Shown one piece after another: positions 10,780 through 25,217 of a DNA stretch of 64,000 nt. Position numbers and translations under genes: made by a program. The first letter of the stretch is position 1. The number at the start of each line of letters is the position of its first letter. Under the pieces are notes generated by a model. That model did not search any database and was not told where the DNA came from. It was given only the letters and a program-made list of their open reading frames with translations. Source of the DNA: Takakia lepidozioides (taxonomy: Eukaryota > Plantae > Bryophyta); assembly GCA_030704615.1 (NCBI GenBank), contig CM060734.1, positions 51,646,001 through 51,710,000 on the forward strand, in the 5' to 3' direction.

Positions 10780-13376
10780 CCATAACCCTAAGATACCTTT
10801 TTATGGGATATCATCCATTAACAAAGTGCATCTCTTTAAAATGTGATTTTTCATCCACCCTGGATGAGAAATCGGGAAGTTGTGCCCTAAACGGGCCGAC
10901 ATATTTCACAGCACAGAACTCGTGCTTCTATGATCCTTGATGATGCGCCGTGTAAACATGCTCCCTTGCAGCTACATGGTACTCGTGATGGCTGGCTTTT
11001 GGGATGCGCATTGGCAGATAGACAGATTCCTCTCTGGCAGTCGACAATGCAGTGATCGCTCTGCTCAAAAATTTATGATTCTGTTAAATTCGCAGCGGCG
11101 CTCTTACTCCTCGTTGGGAAGTACTCCACCCCTACTTAGCCACAGATTACATGTTGCTCTCTTTCTGTATGAGCTACTCTCTATCTGTGAACACTTCTAC
11201 TTTGATTACGTTCTGCTGGAGACATCTACTGGACGCCATGGCGCAGGGCATACCACAAACACTCAAGGTTTTTTTTTAGTGTACCCTTGCTTGGATTACG
11301 ATTTGTACATGCTTTAGAATTCAACACTGACATGGATAGCAACTGTGAAAACCTGCACTCACCTGATGCATCCTCACTAACACACATCTCTATGTGGTGG
11401 TTTTTGGGACGGGCACAGGTGAGGGTCTTCACTTGTCTTGAATTATTGAAGCTTGCAGAGTCTGATTCATGCATAAGGGATTGCTGCTACCACCTGAAGC
11501 TGCTGATACCAACTGTTGTTTCAAATCTGCCATCTTGCTGCCTCAAATCGGCTTCAAGAAATAGATAAAGAACATAAAGAACCCCCCTATATAAATCAGC
11601 TTTGTATTCAGCAAAACAGGGACCCAAACAAGTGTTACATGTTTGGGTATGTTTCATATGGAATATTTACAACTGTGCATAGCAAGAATAAGTGTTCAGC
11701 TTGCCAAAATTGTCACCCTTGATTACATTGAAAGCCTGGAAAAGAAGTTCCAGCTTTGTTTTGTTTAACACCTTCACCATATCAGAGTTGCAGACATTTT
11801 CTAAGCAAATTACACACTGGGGTATAACCAGATACCTTGTTTTTTGTCCCACGACCCGGTTTAGGTCTGGGGCCAGTGTATAAATGCATTAACAAGGTGT
11901 TGAATAGCAAGCAAGTATTCAGATTGCTACAATTACCACCAATGTCTACATTGCACCCTAGAAAAAGAATTCCAGTTTGTTTTGGTAACACAAACACCAT
12001 CTCAAAACTGCAGATATTTTCTAATCAGTTTACCATCATAAAGTAGTACCACAGGGTCTGAATTGTTCATTCCAACAGGCTAGTAAGCTGCCATGGCATA
12101 TTTATCCTAAGGCAACATGAACACAAGATCAACTACTTAACAGCCAGCAAGTGCTTACCACCATGGACATAGTCCATTAAAAAAGCCAAGCATCCAGGGG
12201 CTTGTAACCAAAGCCATTATCTGGTCAAAGAAGAGCCACCCTACAATTTTGCATGGCACCAGATGTCCTAAAACAGCCTGCTCGTAACAGAATCCAGTCT
12301 TTCCAAGGTTTACAATAAAAGACACTGTTTGGTCAAAAAACAGAGCTTCCCCACTTTGTTGCTTGGTACTAGATATCTTAAAACAGCCAGCTCGTCATAT
12401 AATTGCTCCGGTGTCACAACAGAAGGCCATTGGGAACAAAAGAGAAATAGCCTAATGAATCGTTGTCCACCATAGAAGGTTAAGAACAAAGGCCAGAAAG
12501 ATCAATGCAAAGAGGCAGAAAGAGGTCTTCTCCCCCAAACATACAGAAGTTGTGGCGTCGCATCAATAGCTCGATTTCATTCAACTTCAAGCTCAAATAA
12601 TCATATTAAGTGAGGACCCTCACCTGGTCCCATCACAAGCCCCCACAAAAACCAACAGGTTAGTAAGGATTGTGGAACCCCAGGTGATTCACATGTCTCA
12701 CGCTTGTTATCGTTGTACAACATGCATTCCAAAGCAGGAGCAGAAAGAAATCAGAGCATAAACAAGCCATCACCTTGATGGTTTGCGGAAGAGAAGCCTG
12801 CGAAATGGCTCCCAAGACCAACAAACAACAAAACACAAAAAGAGTGGACTGCCCAAGCATTTTAACAGGTTCATTCACTTCCCTGAGGTCTTAAGATGCG
12901 CCGCTGTATCTTAATGATCAATGAAGGGCACAACAAACGATCACAACCTCGGTAGATCGCCCGCCAACATGAAAGACAACCGCCACATGGAAATTGAAGG
13001 CACTACCGCCATTGCGCACCCCAAGAGAGGAAGAAAGTACTGGAATCTTGCCAGAAACCCTGCAGACCTTAATTACGCAGCACCATAGTAATCAAAGGCC
13101 TTGAATCGGGCTCAATGCGCACTCCGCCACCATCCCTCAGTTCCAGCAAACCTTAAGCACGATTGTCGTGCAGAAAATTAGGGCAGGGAGGAGATGAAGC
13201 TATTTCCCCGCGATTTCATCCGCATGGGATGAAATCCACCAACAAACGGTTGAAAAAATCCCGATTTTTCATCCCTATGTCATCTGCCAGGGATGACATC
13301 TAGATAGGGATGAAAATCATTTGGCAGTCATTAGGATAGAAACCTCATGACCTTATAAACCAAAAATCCAAGTAGG
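10780..13376 (-). mobile_element. Degenerate PIF/Harbinger-like DNA transposon
   Basis: Inverted subterminal motif tgattttcatcc...ggatga(g/a)aaatcggga at about 10843-10877 and, reverse-complemented, at about 13259-13320. Minus-strand remnants WW, LGQST, RAIDAT and FNRII occur in the order expected for a Harbinger DDE transposase. Confidence 0.45.
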
Positions 13377-15871
13377 GTGTGTTCGTCTGTTACAATAAGG
13401 AAGGGTCAAGAAAAGAACGTCCACTGGACAGTGGAGAAAGAGACAAAATCAAAGGGAGGGTCATCCACATTGAATCAGAAAAAACTTCCAGGAATGAAAT
13501 TGAAGAATGGAGATTTTATACCTCGTTGGACTCGTCTTGTATTTGCTTCCAATTCATTTCAGGTGGTAAGACTCTCAAAGTATCCCTCCCCAATGCATCT
13601 TGTCTTATAGGGCATGAGGTCAGAATTTCCGTTGACAATGGACATAATGTTACCCTTTGCCTGAAGCGTCCGTGGGCGTGGTCTCTCACTCCACGGTTCC
13701 CATGGAGACTTGACAATCAGCCCTGTTTACTCAACTATTTGTACTCCATATATGTGGACCTGCCAATTCCATGAATTGTCCACCAAGGAGTCTCATAAAC
13801 ATTTACACCCTCAATCGTAACGTATGTCCTGCGAGAGGTCCCTTCCAACATGTGAAGTCGTTTTGAAATATTTAGTCCATGTTCTCTCCTCTCATCGAAA
13901 GTGGATAACCAAAACGAAGTACGGATAGCCAAGGTTTTTCGCCAATCGAAATATTGACAGCAGTGAAGTTTGCAACAAGGTTTGCTGCTCACGGACCGGA
14001 TTTCCTCCAGAGTAAGATTCTTCATTCTTTTTTTTTGAGTGTTCCAAATCTCGATCCCTCTTCTTCCTCGTAAAATGCCGATACGCCGCTTTCTTCACAT
14101 CTGCCTCGTGATCTTCGTACAAGATACTGTCAAAAGATCTAATAAAATTCTTCAGATCATTTGAGAATAGTCTCCTACTTTCCAAAAGTCATGTTTTTAT
14201 TAAAGGCCATTTTACAAGAGACATCAAAAATCCAGATCCTCCAGAAAGTATTTTGGTGACAATAACTCCAACATCGTCCTCTCCCAGTTTGTCATCGAGG
14301 ATCACCTCGTCCAGAATGCAAGCTTGAATCCTCCCCTCGAACAGTGTATCCCCATCATCACCCAATAGTACTCCAGTTGTTTTTTCCAAGTCCTCCGCTC
14401 GGATTCTCGGAACTCTTCGATGGTATGTGGTTTGATTCACCCTCGTCGACGTCAGAATTTTCGACAGTATACCTTCTCTCCTGCGTAAAATCAGGATTCA
14501 TGTCATGCCCTCCTTGATACTCGTTATTCTCCGCATGAGCTTCGCCAACATTCCATACCACCGGGGTCCCAATGGCCTCTTGCAAGGTGTTAGCATCCAT
14601 ATGTCCATAATGAAGAGGACATAATGAGTTTGCTTCATCACAAGAGATGAGAACCACTGAAATGGTTGAGGAAGATAATTGGTATCCATGACAGGTCCCA
14701 ACCCAGGAGACATTAAGGCAGTCCCCAGTTGCTACTGGAGATGAAGATCCGGGAAGAGTAAGAAACACTCTTTGACCAGTCTCTAAGCTCATGATCACCA
14801 GAACCCCCACTGCACACGCGAGGTGAAAACCCCTCCGTCACAACCTTACTCACAGTAATAAGCAGTATGAGTTAAAATTCTATTCAGAGATGAATCAATA
14901 CAAAAAAAAAAAATACCCTCGTGTATGAACGTTTCAGAGAAGTAGAATAGAAATGGAATTACTGTTTGGTCTAGAACATGTCATGCGAAGATTGAGTCTA
15001 ATTACATAACCTCTACTGTACAGTGGAGGCTGCATGAGATACAGATGAAAAAAGTCGGATGGATAAATACTAGTGGATGAATATGGTTACGTGGATGAAT
15101 AATTATAATGACGGATGAATGTGAGCATTGACGCGACTATCTAGTGGAGGTCCACGACTTGATGGATGACGGAATATGGAAATTGGAGAGATGGACAAAT
15201 ACAACGAAAGGAGAGTATTGGACTGTAATTTCTAAACGTGCAGATAAGAAATAAGTAGATTTTCTTATAGATTATCGAATATACACCTGGATGTCATAAC
15301 ATTTCCTATGGGAGAAAATGAAGTGCACACGAGAGATTATGGAAATTCAGAGAGGTACACCTGCGATGGCCACAGAGGTACCACTAGTACAGATTATCAT
15401 TTTTATGACTGCAAATATTCGATATTGCTAAAGAAGACTACATTTGACTTGTGACTTGTGACTACATTTGCAGTGATAAGTGCGATTATGACTACATCAC
15501 TCTGCAGTGACAAACACGAAGTCAGTTCTATCATCACTGTGGAGTGATAAGTGCGAAGTGATGGTCGTCACTGTAGACGTGGCACCTGCCAACGACTCAG
15601 AGTGACGTGGGGTGTAGTGTTGTAGTCATAAGTATACGACTACAAGGCTACGTGTCATGACTACACTTATGACTACGTCACTACAGATGAGCGCCAACAT
15701 GCAGAGGTCTCTCCATGACACACGTGACCCCCCGGATGTATATGACTACACGACTGTACCTTTTGACTACACTTATGATTATATCACTACTCACTACATC
15801 AATGAGGGGTAGTCTGCATGTGGCATATTTCATGACTACAAATACAACTCCATCACTATAGGTTTGTAGTG
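13377..15871 (-). mobile_element. CACTA/CMC-type element end with decayed TnpA-like and transposase-like ORFs
   Basis: Terminus reads CACTACAAACC on the minus strand from 15871, with GACTAC/CACTAC subterminal repeats at 15430-15870. 14358-14810 encodes VATG...CHGYQL...TLQEAIGTPVVW (Tnp1/En/Spm-like). 13500-14185 encodes CCKLHCCQYF...WWTIHGIGRSTY...HGNRG...LPPEMNW with frameshifts. Confidence 0.7.
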
Positions 15872-16315
15872 GTTCTGATAGGTCATCTAACACGTGTCTT
15901 TATTCAATTAGTTTATAAAACCATTAAATGCTATTTTATTTATTAATTTCATGTAAATTTTATTTATCGTTTAGATATTAAGATATGTTTCAATATACAG
16001 AGCAATATATTTAATTGAATGAAAAAATTTCACACTAATACACAAATTGTCTCTAGAATGTCGATCATACAGCAAAAAACCAATGGGAAAAATGTTCCCA
16101 TGGATGCCACAGAGGCTCTACAATGCGCATTCAAGAAGCTTGAAAGGCCACATGGATAGATAACCAAGCCTCAAAGGCTACAAGTCCCAAAACCCAAGCC
16201 CACTCTTAAAGAGCTCTATTTACAAATCACCACTGTGGCATATTTTCAACTACATTGCATCACATAGTCCCACCATTGACTGGGATCAGAAAAGTAATCA
16301 TTCCACAACTTCTCG

Positions 16316-17870
16316 TCATTTGCCCCTAGGTCTCCAAAGCCTCCATCCACGCCCTTGCTGTGTATATCTGGCATTCATCACACTCCACAATACCACATGT
16401 CGTTCAGCCATACTGTCGAACACTCCCTTTGCATCCTCAATGCATCCACATTTGGCATACATGTCCACCAGGGCAGTGTTCAGAATGACAGGTGCAATTC
16501 CAGATTTGATGATGCCACCATGCATCTCTTTGCCCTTTTCCAGGGCTGCCAGGCTTGCACAAGCATTGTAAACACACAAACGTGATCTGGTTACACTGCA
16601 CCCCTTCCCCCATCATTTGCTCATATGTCTCCAAGGCCTCCATCTCGCCCCCTGCTGTGCATATCCTGCAAGCATGGCATTCCATGACACCATATCTTGT
16701 TCAGCCATACTGTCGAACACTCCCTTTGCATCCTCGATGCACCCACATTTTGCATATATGTCCACCAGGGTATTGTTCAGAATGACATCGGGTACAATCC
16801 AGCTCTGACAATGTCACCATGGACATCTTTGCCCTTTTCCAGGGTTGCCAGGCTGGCACATGAATTGCAAATGCACACAAACGTGATGTGGTTGGGCTTC
16901 ACCTCTTCCCCTATCATTTGATCATAGGTCTACAAAGCCTCCATACCAAGTCTCTGCTGTACATACCCTGCAAGCATCGCATTCCATGACACCACATCTT
17001 GTTCAGCCATAGACTTGTTGAAAAAGTTCCCTTCACATACATGTCCACCAGGGCAGTGTTCAGAATAACATCTGGTACAATTCCAGCTTTGACGATGTCA
17101 CCATGGACCTCTTTTCCAGAGCTCCCCTGCTTGCGCACGCATTGCAAAATACAAACAAATGTGATGTGGTTGGGCTTCACCCCTTTGCGCAACATTTGCT
17201 CATAGGTCTCCAAAATCATTCATACCATACCCATGCTTGGTAAATCCTGCCAACATTATATTCCACGTGATCAAAGACCGTTGAGGCATTCTGTTGAACA
17301 CTTGGTGAGCATCCATGATGTTCCCACACTTAACATACATGTTGACAAGGGTGTTGAGTATAAAAACATTTGGTGTGAATCCACTTTAGATAATGTGAGT
17401 CATGTGCACCTACTTTCTAGCTTCCAGACCTTTCATCTTGATGCACTTAAGCAAGAGACAGACATACGTACCTGAATCTGCTGAAATGCCTCATTGGTTT
17501 AAAGTCTGTAGAGCCTCTGTCAGGCTGTCTGCCTCACAAAGCATCTTTACATGCCCAGAAGTTCTAGAAGAGGCATTGTGGACTCCCTCTCTTGATAGTC
17601 TATTTTCAGAAGCTGTGGTCATGGTTGAGGTGCGTGATTTTATCAATTCTGCCATTGCAGCTCCTGCCTTTACTTGATCATCTACCCATGCAGGTTTCTT
17701 GTAGCTACTGATCCACCTGGAATCAAGGTAATCCAGAGCTTGAAGTCCAGCCCTCTTGGATGAATCTACACCCACTGCTCCTTCAGCTATCCATGCCTCT
17801 GCACAAATCATGCATACATCATTGTCTTGCAGCTGATAATGACAGCCTAGATTTGTTCTAGGAAACACCC
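16316..17870 (-). pseudogene. PLS-class PPR pseudogene (about three to four L-S-P triplets, frameshifted, no E/DYW left)
   Basis: Repeated NTALVDMYAKCGCIEDAKGVFDSMAE, EALETYEQM and GVKPNHITFVC motifs across shifting frames. N-terminal VKMLCEADSLTEALQTLNQ is homologous to the intact PPR genes. Confidence 0.92.
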
Positions 17871-18984
17871 AACTCAGCTTATTACACTAGTTCCTTTACT
17901 GAATTGCGTCTGCTACTCTCCTGTAATCTAACAGGCATTCACCTTTTTGCCTCAACGTCCCACCATTGACTGTGGTCAAAAAAATATTCATTCCGCAGCT
18001 TCTTTTCATCTCTGTTATGGGTTTTTGGATACGTTCCTGTTGGGTATTTGCAGGATTGGGTGTCTCAGTTTTTGTGTAACATGGCAGTTTCTGCAGCGAC
18101 CTCCCTCCATGGTTTTATCCATATTTGTCCAACAACTCAATATTTCATCTAAATTTATATGGTATAGGGTTTCTAACTACAATAGGTATGTGTACCAATT
18201 GTTAGATTGCAAAAACAATCATGTACCAGAGAGCCATGGACTTTTAAAGTTGATTACAGTGGAGTGCAGATGTTACACATAAAATCTTATGGACTGAAAA
18301 AACATCATGTACACTCATACACTGGCACAAAAGAAAACACACTAGGGGTGTCATTTTTAAATCCAACCCAAATCCACTTTTATATGGACTAGTTATCTTA
18401 GGAATTGAGAGCTATGGATTATTTTGCACATAAAAACAAGTTGATTTGCTCTAGTCCATAGCATCTTATGTTTTGGGTTTTTGAGATGTTGTCTTTTACT
18501 AAAAATGCATACAAACCTATAATCTAGAGGTGCCAGGTAATATATGGACAAGTGGTTGTAAACTCTAGATTTTGACGTCTAAATGTTTTTTCAAATTAAA
18601 GATTAAAACATCTAGTAAAGATTGTTTTCAATATTTGAGGATGGACTCTTTACTAAAAATGTTATGTATACTACTATCTATCTATAAAAAATAAACTGAA
18701 AGCAATAGACTCAAAAATAAATAAAAATCCATGGACTTCTAGTGGACTCAACATGTGCCACTTTTGATCCACCCAATCCTGCAACTGCCCTGTTGTCACA
18801 GTGGCAGTATCATGTCAAAGTAACTCCAATCTACATTCACTCCACCAACTAACTTGCAGAATTCAACATAAAATTTTTGGGCCGATTCTGATATGAGGAA
18901 AAAATAGGGTGAAATGTGTTGAAGAAGGTACCCTGATTACCAGTGCCTAATTTTATCAGCTGTGCCGCTGCTGCTGCGGCATCC

Positions 18985-19455
18985 AGTTGACCATCTACCC
19001 ATGCATGTTTCTTGTAGCTATTGATCCACAGGGAATCATATGTAATCTTGTGCTTGAAATATGGCCCTCTCGGATGAATTTGGACCCACTCTCTATCCCT
19101 GCTCCTTCAGCTATCTCTACCTCTCTGTTCCAGCAAACACCCTAACTCTACTTATCACTCAAGTTCCTATGTTGAGCTTCCAACAGACATTCACCTTTTT
19201 ACACCAACGAGCTAACTTGCAGAATTTAACCTGAAAATTGAGGGACGATTCTGATAACAAAAGAAACAAGCTGAAATGTGTTAAAGAAGGTGCTCACAGG
19301 TCTCCAAAGCCTCCATCCCACGCCCTTGCTGTGCATATCCTACAATCATCGCCCTCCATGACAACACATCTCGTTTAGCCATACTGTTGAACACTCCCTT
19401 TGCATCCTCGATGCACCCACATTTTGCATACATGTCCACGAGAGTACTGTTCAGA
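18985..19455 (-). pseudogene. Second PPR remnant: one S-P pair plus a duplicated PPR leader region
   Basis: 19290-19455 encodes NSTLVDMYAKCGCIEDAKGVFNSMAKRDVLSWRAMIVGYAQQGRGMEALE. 18985-19200 is similar to 17675-17950. Confidence 0.85.
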
Positions 19456-20437
19456 AACAATTTAGCTACATCATAGCAACAGGTTTGTATAAACTCCAAC
19501 CTAAACTCCACCTTCACGTGGCATGTGCATTTTTCTTGTGCCTTCTTTCTTGTTCCATCAGAAGTGAATAGATGAGAAATTAGGATAGAAGTAGCACAGG
19601 GTAGCATGTGGAATGGGGTGTATGACAAAACAAAAAGTGAGCCCGATTCAAACCCGAGTAGCAGACATCGTATGGTCACACCATATTGGAATGTAGAGAA
19701 TATGGCTAGAGAAATCAAAGGATAGCCAACAAATCATACATACCTTTTTGTTCGCAGGTTGAAAACATGTGAAGATCATCCCCTTTACACCTAGCACCAG
19801 TCGCTATCGGAAATTTAAGAACTCTTTCTCACTCGCACCCAATCTTTTCTTTGAACCACAAATGTGTTAGTCCAACGACAGCCATGTGTCACATCCGCCA
19901 CCAAATCAGGAGTTAAAGTAGCAGTGCAGGCATACATGCAATTTCCTTCTCAGTTTCATTCTCTTTGAGAGTAGACCCCACAATTCGCTCTCTTGAGGAT
20001 TGGTATGCCACAGAGAAAATGTCCTCAACAATACATCACAGACACCATTCGCAGGGAGAGGTTAATGAACAAAGGAGAGTAATCAATGAAGCAAGACACT
20101 CTCACCTTTTAAAAAGAAACATCGTTTCACCATTACTTCATTTCATCTAATCATTCGTTAAATGGATGGACAGAATGGAAAGAATGAATTGGATGATATT
20201 TGCATGGATGTTGGATGGAATATGCGCGACCATTCGATTTCAAAAGGACGCGATGGTTCAGATGCTCTGCGACGACACCATATAAAGGGTGTGCTTGTTC
20301 AGCCCACCCTTCTGGCACTCCATTGTGTACGCAGAAGCGCTGTGGAAGTGCTAAGAGAGAGGTTTACTATTTCATGAGCAGAAAGAAATGAGCCATGAGC
20401 CATGAGCCGCATGAGCGGTGAGCCGAAGTCTAAGACA

Positions 20438-20626
20438 CACGGTTTTCATGAGCGGACTCCTCCAAATTTGGAAATGCGGCAGATTAAAAAAGTATAAAAA
20501 TAATAGTTTTTAAATTGACCTTGCCATTTTTGGAAGTTCCAGATCCTGTAATGCGGCGAAGATATGTTGTCAGTAATAATTCCGCTCATGGTTTTTTAGA
20601 TCCGCTCATGGAAATGAGAGACCGTG
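20438..20626. mobile_element. Small inverted-repeat element (CACGG...CCGTG) with catgagcgga subterminal motifs
   Basis: cacggttttcatgagcgga at 20438 vs tccgctcatggaaatgagagaccgtg ending at 20626; atgagcc tandem copies lie just upstream. Confidence 0.4.
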
Positions 20627-21099
20627 CAATGAGAAATTCAGTATACCAAAGCAAAAGGACGCAGCATACTAGCCTCTATAGAGTATTCCGCGGTTTTATA
20701 TGCCTTAACATTGGAATGAAGTTGACCATTCTGCCGCGATTGTATGATCCCCATGCACCAATAGAGTCTGTAGTAACTCAAAATTCTGTCATCTTCAGGT
20801 ATTCGGCAGGAAAGGTTTGCGACTCAACTGGGAAATGCGATGCCGCATTATGGTTCGCACGTGCGAGATTACTAGGGGGTTCGTTGTTGGCGACGGTCGG
20901 CTCCCTAAAGACTCGGTGTGACTATCTTACTATGACGAAGGCCGCAACTACCAGTATCTACGACGTTACTTGGAAATGGCGGCCGCATTCCTTGCCGGGG
21001 TTCGAATGAGGAATGCAAAGTTTGATGCAAAGTTTGAGGAGAGCAGCACAAAGAAACCCTCCAACAAACAAAATACAAGCACGTGGAAACAGAGTGAAT

Positions 21100-24000
21100 G
21101 CATAGTATTATCTTAGTTCGAGCAAAACAAGTTACTGGTAGACAAAGACATAAGTCGAACCTTTGTGGCCAAAGTCAGAGGTACTTGCAGCCAGTACAGT
21201 TCTACTATAACTGAAACTCCGAAAAGGATGGGCGTAACATTGTGTTGTGGCCCGCAAGCCAAACTCATTGGTAAAATATAGTCCACCATTGGGAAGAAGT
21301 TGCGAGCTTGGCAACAAGACCACACCGCCACCTCAAAGTGTTCAAAACACTTTTGCAAAAAGTCATAACAGCGTGGTCTCAAAACTACCATCTTCTTGCC
21401 ACACATCTTCCCCACAAAACCTGGGAAGGGATGCAGGCCCATTAGCAGAATGAAAAGATTCACATAACAGACCATTTAAGTCCAGAATTAGTAAATGCTT
21501 CCTCGCTGGTCCAAGAAGTAAACCGTCATTTGGCTTAAACATGTGAGCAGGAGAAATTAAAGCAACCTGCTTGGTTGTTTTGTCCCCGTCTACATCTTCC
21601 TCCCCATTTAAACTCCCATATACCTGCATACCAGAATCCGGTGTGCTGTCCTCATTGACTAATCTATTTTGAAGAAACGAACATCCAAGTTGTGGCGTCC
21701 CACATCAAGGAGTTTGTTCCGCACACCATAGCGTCCCATGACAAAGAAAGACGAACCAAACCCCACCCTGACTCTACTCTCCACTAGCTGTTCGGCCGAC
21801 TTCCTCCAAGTCCCGGCCAAGGGTGGAGCTCTCAAGCTCCTCCCAGTGCACTCTTCTTGGCCCACTTAAAGGCCAAGGAATGATCCTCCCCGAGGATCGA
21901 ATTGCCTTACTGCAACAACTTTGTTTGCGACTGCTCATGATGCCGCTTTTGACATCACCTTGAGCAAGGGTTCACCTTGAACCCTTTTTGACTAGGAAGA
22001 TAACTTGAACCAACCGTGCGCCCAATCACTACAATTGGGTCGCCTTGGATGCTGGCTGAGGTACGGGAAACGCCCCAAAGCCGCACTACTACTTCGTCCC
22101 GAGGCTACACGATCATAGTACGTGAACGGAAGCACGTAGCTTTCGCGTTAACCCGCACTACAAGGCAACCCCCTCGGTAGCGCAGTTATAGTTCGTACAC
22201 GCGCCAAGTGAGCACTAGACACACACGTGAACTCCAAAGAAGGCGCAAGTTTCCTTCGCCCATTGGATGGGAGTCACCCGATTTCGGCACTACGCAAACA
22301 CACGAGTAATCCAATTACCTTCTCCACTTATAAGCATCCATATTCAGAAGAGTGTACACCTCTTGGGGACTCAACCCTGGTGCATGTATGAAGTGATGAG
22401 TTGTGGAATTACACCGGAGTCTCTTTAGGTACACGTAGTATAAATGCTTGCAGGTTCTCTGTCGATGTCCTCCATTGTGGCCGTCACTACGTCCACCAGA
22501 TGTGTGGCAGAAGACGCTCGCCAGGAGGAGTGGACTGATTCTGCCATATTCGTGTTTGGCATGTCCGTGTCGGAATCGAGGCACCGCTCCTACAAGGACA
22601 GAAACAATGGGGAGGGAAAAAAATGAGAAAGGTCGTATGTAATAGAACGACAATGCAGGGAGGAAAAGTCTGGCATCATACCTCCCGCAGTACTGTCCAA
22701 AACTGCCGATACACGGAAATGCCACCACCCAACCAGCTGTGCAAGGCTCCCAGATTGGTTGTCTCCACTGCACCTGACGTGTTCCACCAAGCCTCGATGA
22801 TAGTAAACTTAACCTCCGCGTCATCAAATGTGGGTGCATCCTTCCACGCCGTACAAAGGACACGGTGTTCAACTTGGAATGAACAATTTTGGTAGTGTAG
22901 TGAGATAGACTCTGCATCCAATGGAATCCACAAGATCTCTATTTCCCCTCCATTGGAATATTGGGGTCCTCACCGTACACACGCCGCACCGCTGCCCAGT
23001 TGGCCTGAGCGTCGTCTGCCATGAATCCCCTGAAATTGGGGCTGGCAAACCCGTCTCTTTGCCATCTGATCGTTTATGCTCTCCCACAAATGCATCTCCG
23101 ACTGTGTGTCCTCCCCTTTCATCTCGCAGATCGCAATCGTCATGAGCCTCTTGGAGTGATAGTCATAAACATGCGCACCCATGGTCACCCACTGATGGTT
23201 TATAATTCACTTGATGTGGTCAAACATCACCCAAGCATTTGACAAGTTTCCAGTTGTCATGCGAGTGACCAAGTCGACTCCACTCCCAGGCCCACACGTT
23301 GACATTTTAAAAATGTAACAACGATAGGATTCGCTGCCTTGCCCTGGAAACCTGCTACCTTGGATGTAGTCATATCCAATCCTTCGTTTTACCTCCAGAA
23401 TTGAGTGCATGTCCGACCCCCGCTGAACTCCTGCTTGCAAGATACGATGTGATTCCGCACATTCGGACTACAAACGTGCGAGACGTACTCCCATAGGTCA
23501 AGCATCTCCTCTTCGTTCAAGGGCACTCGGACTAAACCATCTTCAGACATGATGATTGCCAAAAGCAATCTTGTGGGCTGCCTTCAGCTGAATCTGCTTT
23601 GGTCTAGCTCCGGGGGCCAAATTTCACCTCATCTTTTATGATGTCGTGTGCTTCCTGCACAACCTCCCGGATGTTGCCTCTCGCCAGGGGGTGGCAGTGG
23701 ACCCCAACGTATATGCAAGCTCGTGTCAAGTCCGGGAGCAAATGGATTACATAATAATGCTTGGCTTTGCACATGGACATGCACGTCGGTGGTTCTTTGC
23801 AATGTGCGCACTTGAAAGTACCCGATGGAGCCTGGCTGGAGACAATGAATGGATGATGGGTGTTGCCAGTCCAATCCGTCTCGTTTCTCCGCCCTCCTTT
23901 GGAGAGAAAGTGGAAGCAGGGCAGGATTGAGGCACCTCAGCTTCCCCACACAGAGGACGTATCGTACACGAACACCATCAACAATTTTCGTGCTACTGGT

Positions 24001-24700
24001 CTTCGTCACACACCAGGGGTGTCAATCACGCTTTCGATCCATGTCTGTTAACATTCCTGAGGCTTTGTTTGACGAAGTAACAGGTGGAAACTCGAAGATG
24101 ACATTGCCATTGACTTCGGGAGGCAGATACGTTACCTTCCTGACTGGAAATTTGGCATAGTCGAGAGCAGCTAGCTCGGAACGAGAACCATCGACGTGAT
24201 GTTGCCGTAGGAGTTGCACAATGGACCGGGTTGGAGTTATGCTCGAGGGTACATGCGTAGCACCTACAGAGACGTCCATGTCGGATTTGAACGACCGTGT
24301 GGAGGACATGGGGACCTCAATGCACTCATCTTCCTCGTCGGAAATGTCGAATACCTCCACACGAGAAGCTATGGAGGGTCTTGACAGTCCAGGTTGGGAA
24401 TGATTATCGTTGCATACCTCTCTATTGGCAGTGGCCGCCTGTCGGTTTCCCGACTCCTTTGTGGATGGTGTCAGAAGCGACTGATTCAGAAAGGGAATGG
24501 GCATTCCCACAACTCGGTACAAGATGGTGTCTGATGGGGGTACGTGCCACTTGATTCCGCAACCTCCGTTGTTACCTAACACGACAATGGTCTCGCCAAC
24601 CTGTCCAGGAACATCCTTCATTTCTTCTTTCAAATAAACTGTGCCTGGTTTGAGCTTGAATTTGGAACAAAGGTAAGTTTCAGTCACTTTGCAAAGTCCT
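21100..24700 (-). mobile_element. Degenerate Mutator-like (MULE) element: GCM-like zinc domain, DDE transposase, SWIM-like finger and FCP1/NIF-like phosphatase remnant
   Basis: Minus-strand fragments MDRKRD / CVGKLRCLNP, FKMSTCGPGSGVDLVTRM...VMFDHIK, HVYD...MTIAICEM, IEAWWNTSGA and CKHLYYV...FIHAP, followed by LLILDLNGLL and LRPRCYDFLQKCFEHFEVAVWS. Many frameshifts; TIRs not located. Confidence 0.7.
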
Positions 24701-25217
24701 CCCTCGTTTGCTAGGATCCAGGCTCGTCCAAGTTGCGGAGGACATCAAACTATAGCGTAGGAATTTGGAGCCATCGAACACCGCACGAAGTTGACAAGTG
24801 CGAGGTTCACTATAGCGATAGATCAAGGCTCACAGGCACCACGTAATCGGAACTGTGGAGTCCATCCACGATTCGAAGTCGCACATTGAAGTGGAAAAGA
24901 AAGTTTCAAGCTACATGCATGAAGGTGAGAGGTGTGATTCCATATCCAGTAAGTATGACAATGATGGCCGATTCGACGACGAAATAACATCTCCTGACAG
25001 TTTCTCATGAGGGTGGATCCAGTAGTATTTTCGGTGCAGACATGAACGTTCGCACTGACAAGTGCCAGGACTGTTAGTTAACCGATAAGACACCCAAGTT
25101 GTGCTCATTAAGGCATGCCGCAATTGTGTTGTTTCGGAACAATGCATCCCATTGCACATGCCTGAACGGGAATGCGGTCCCGCATTCCTGTTCGACATCA
25201 TCCTCTCACTACTACGT

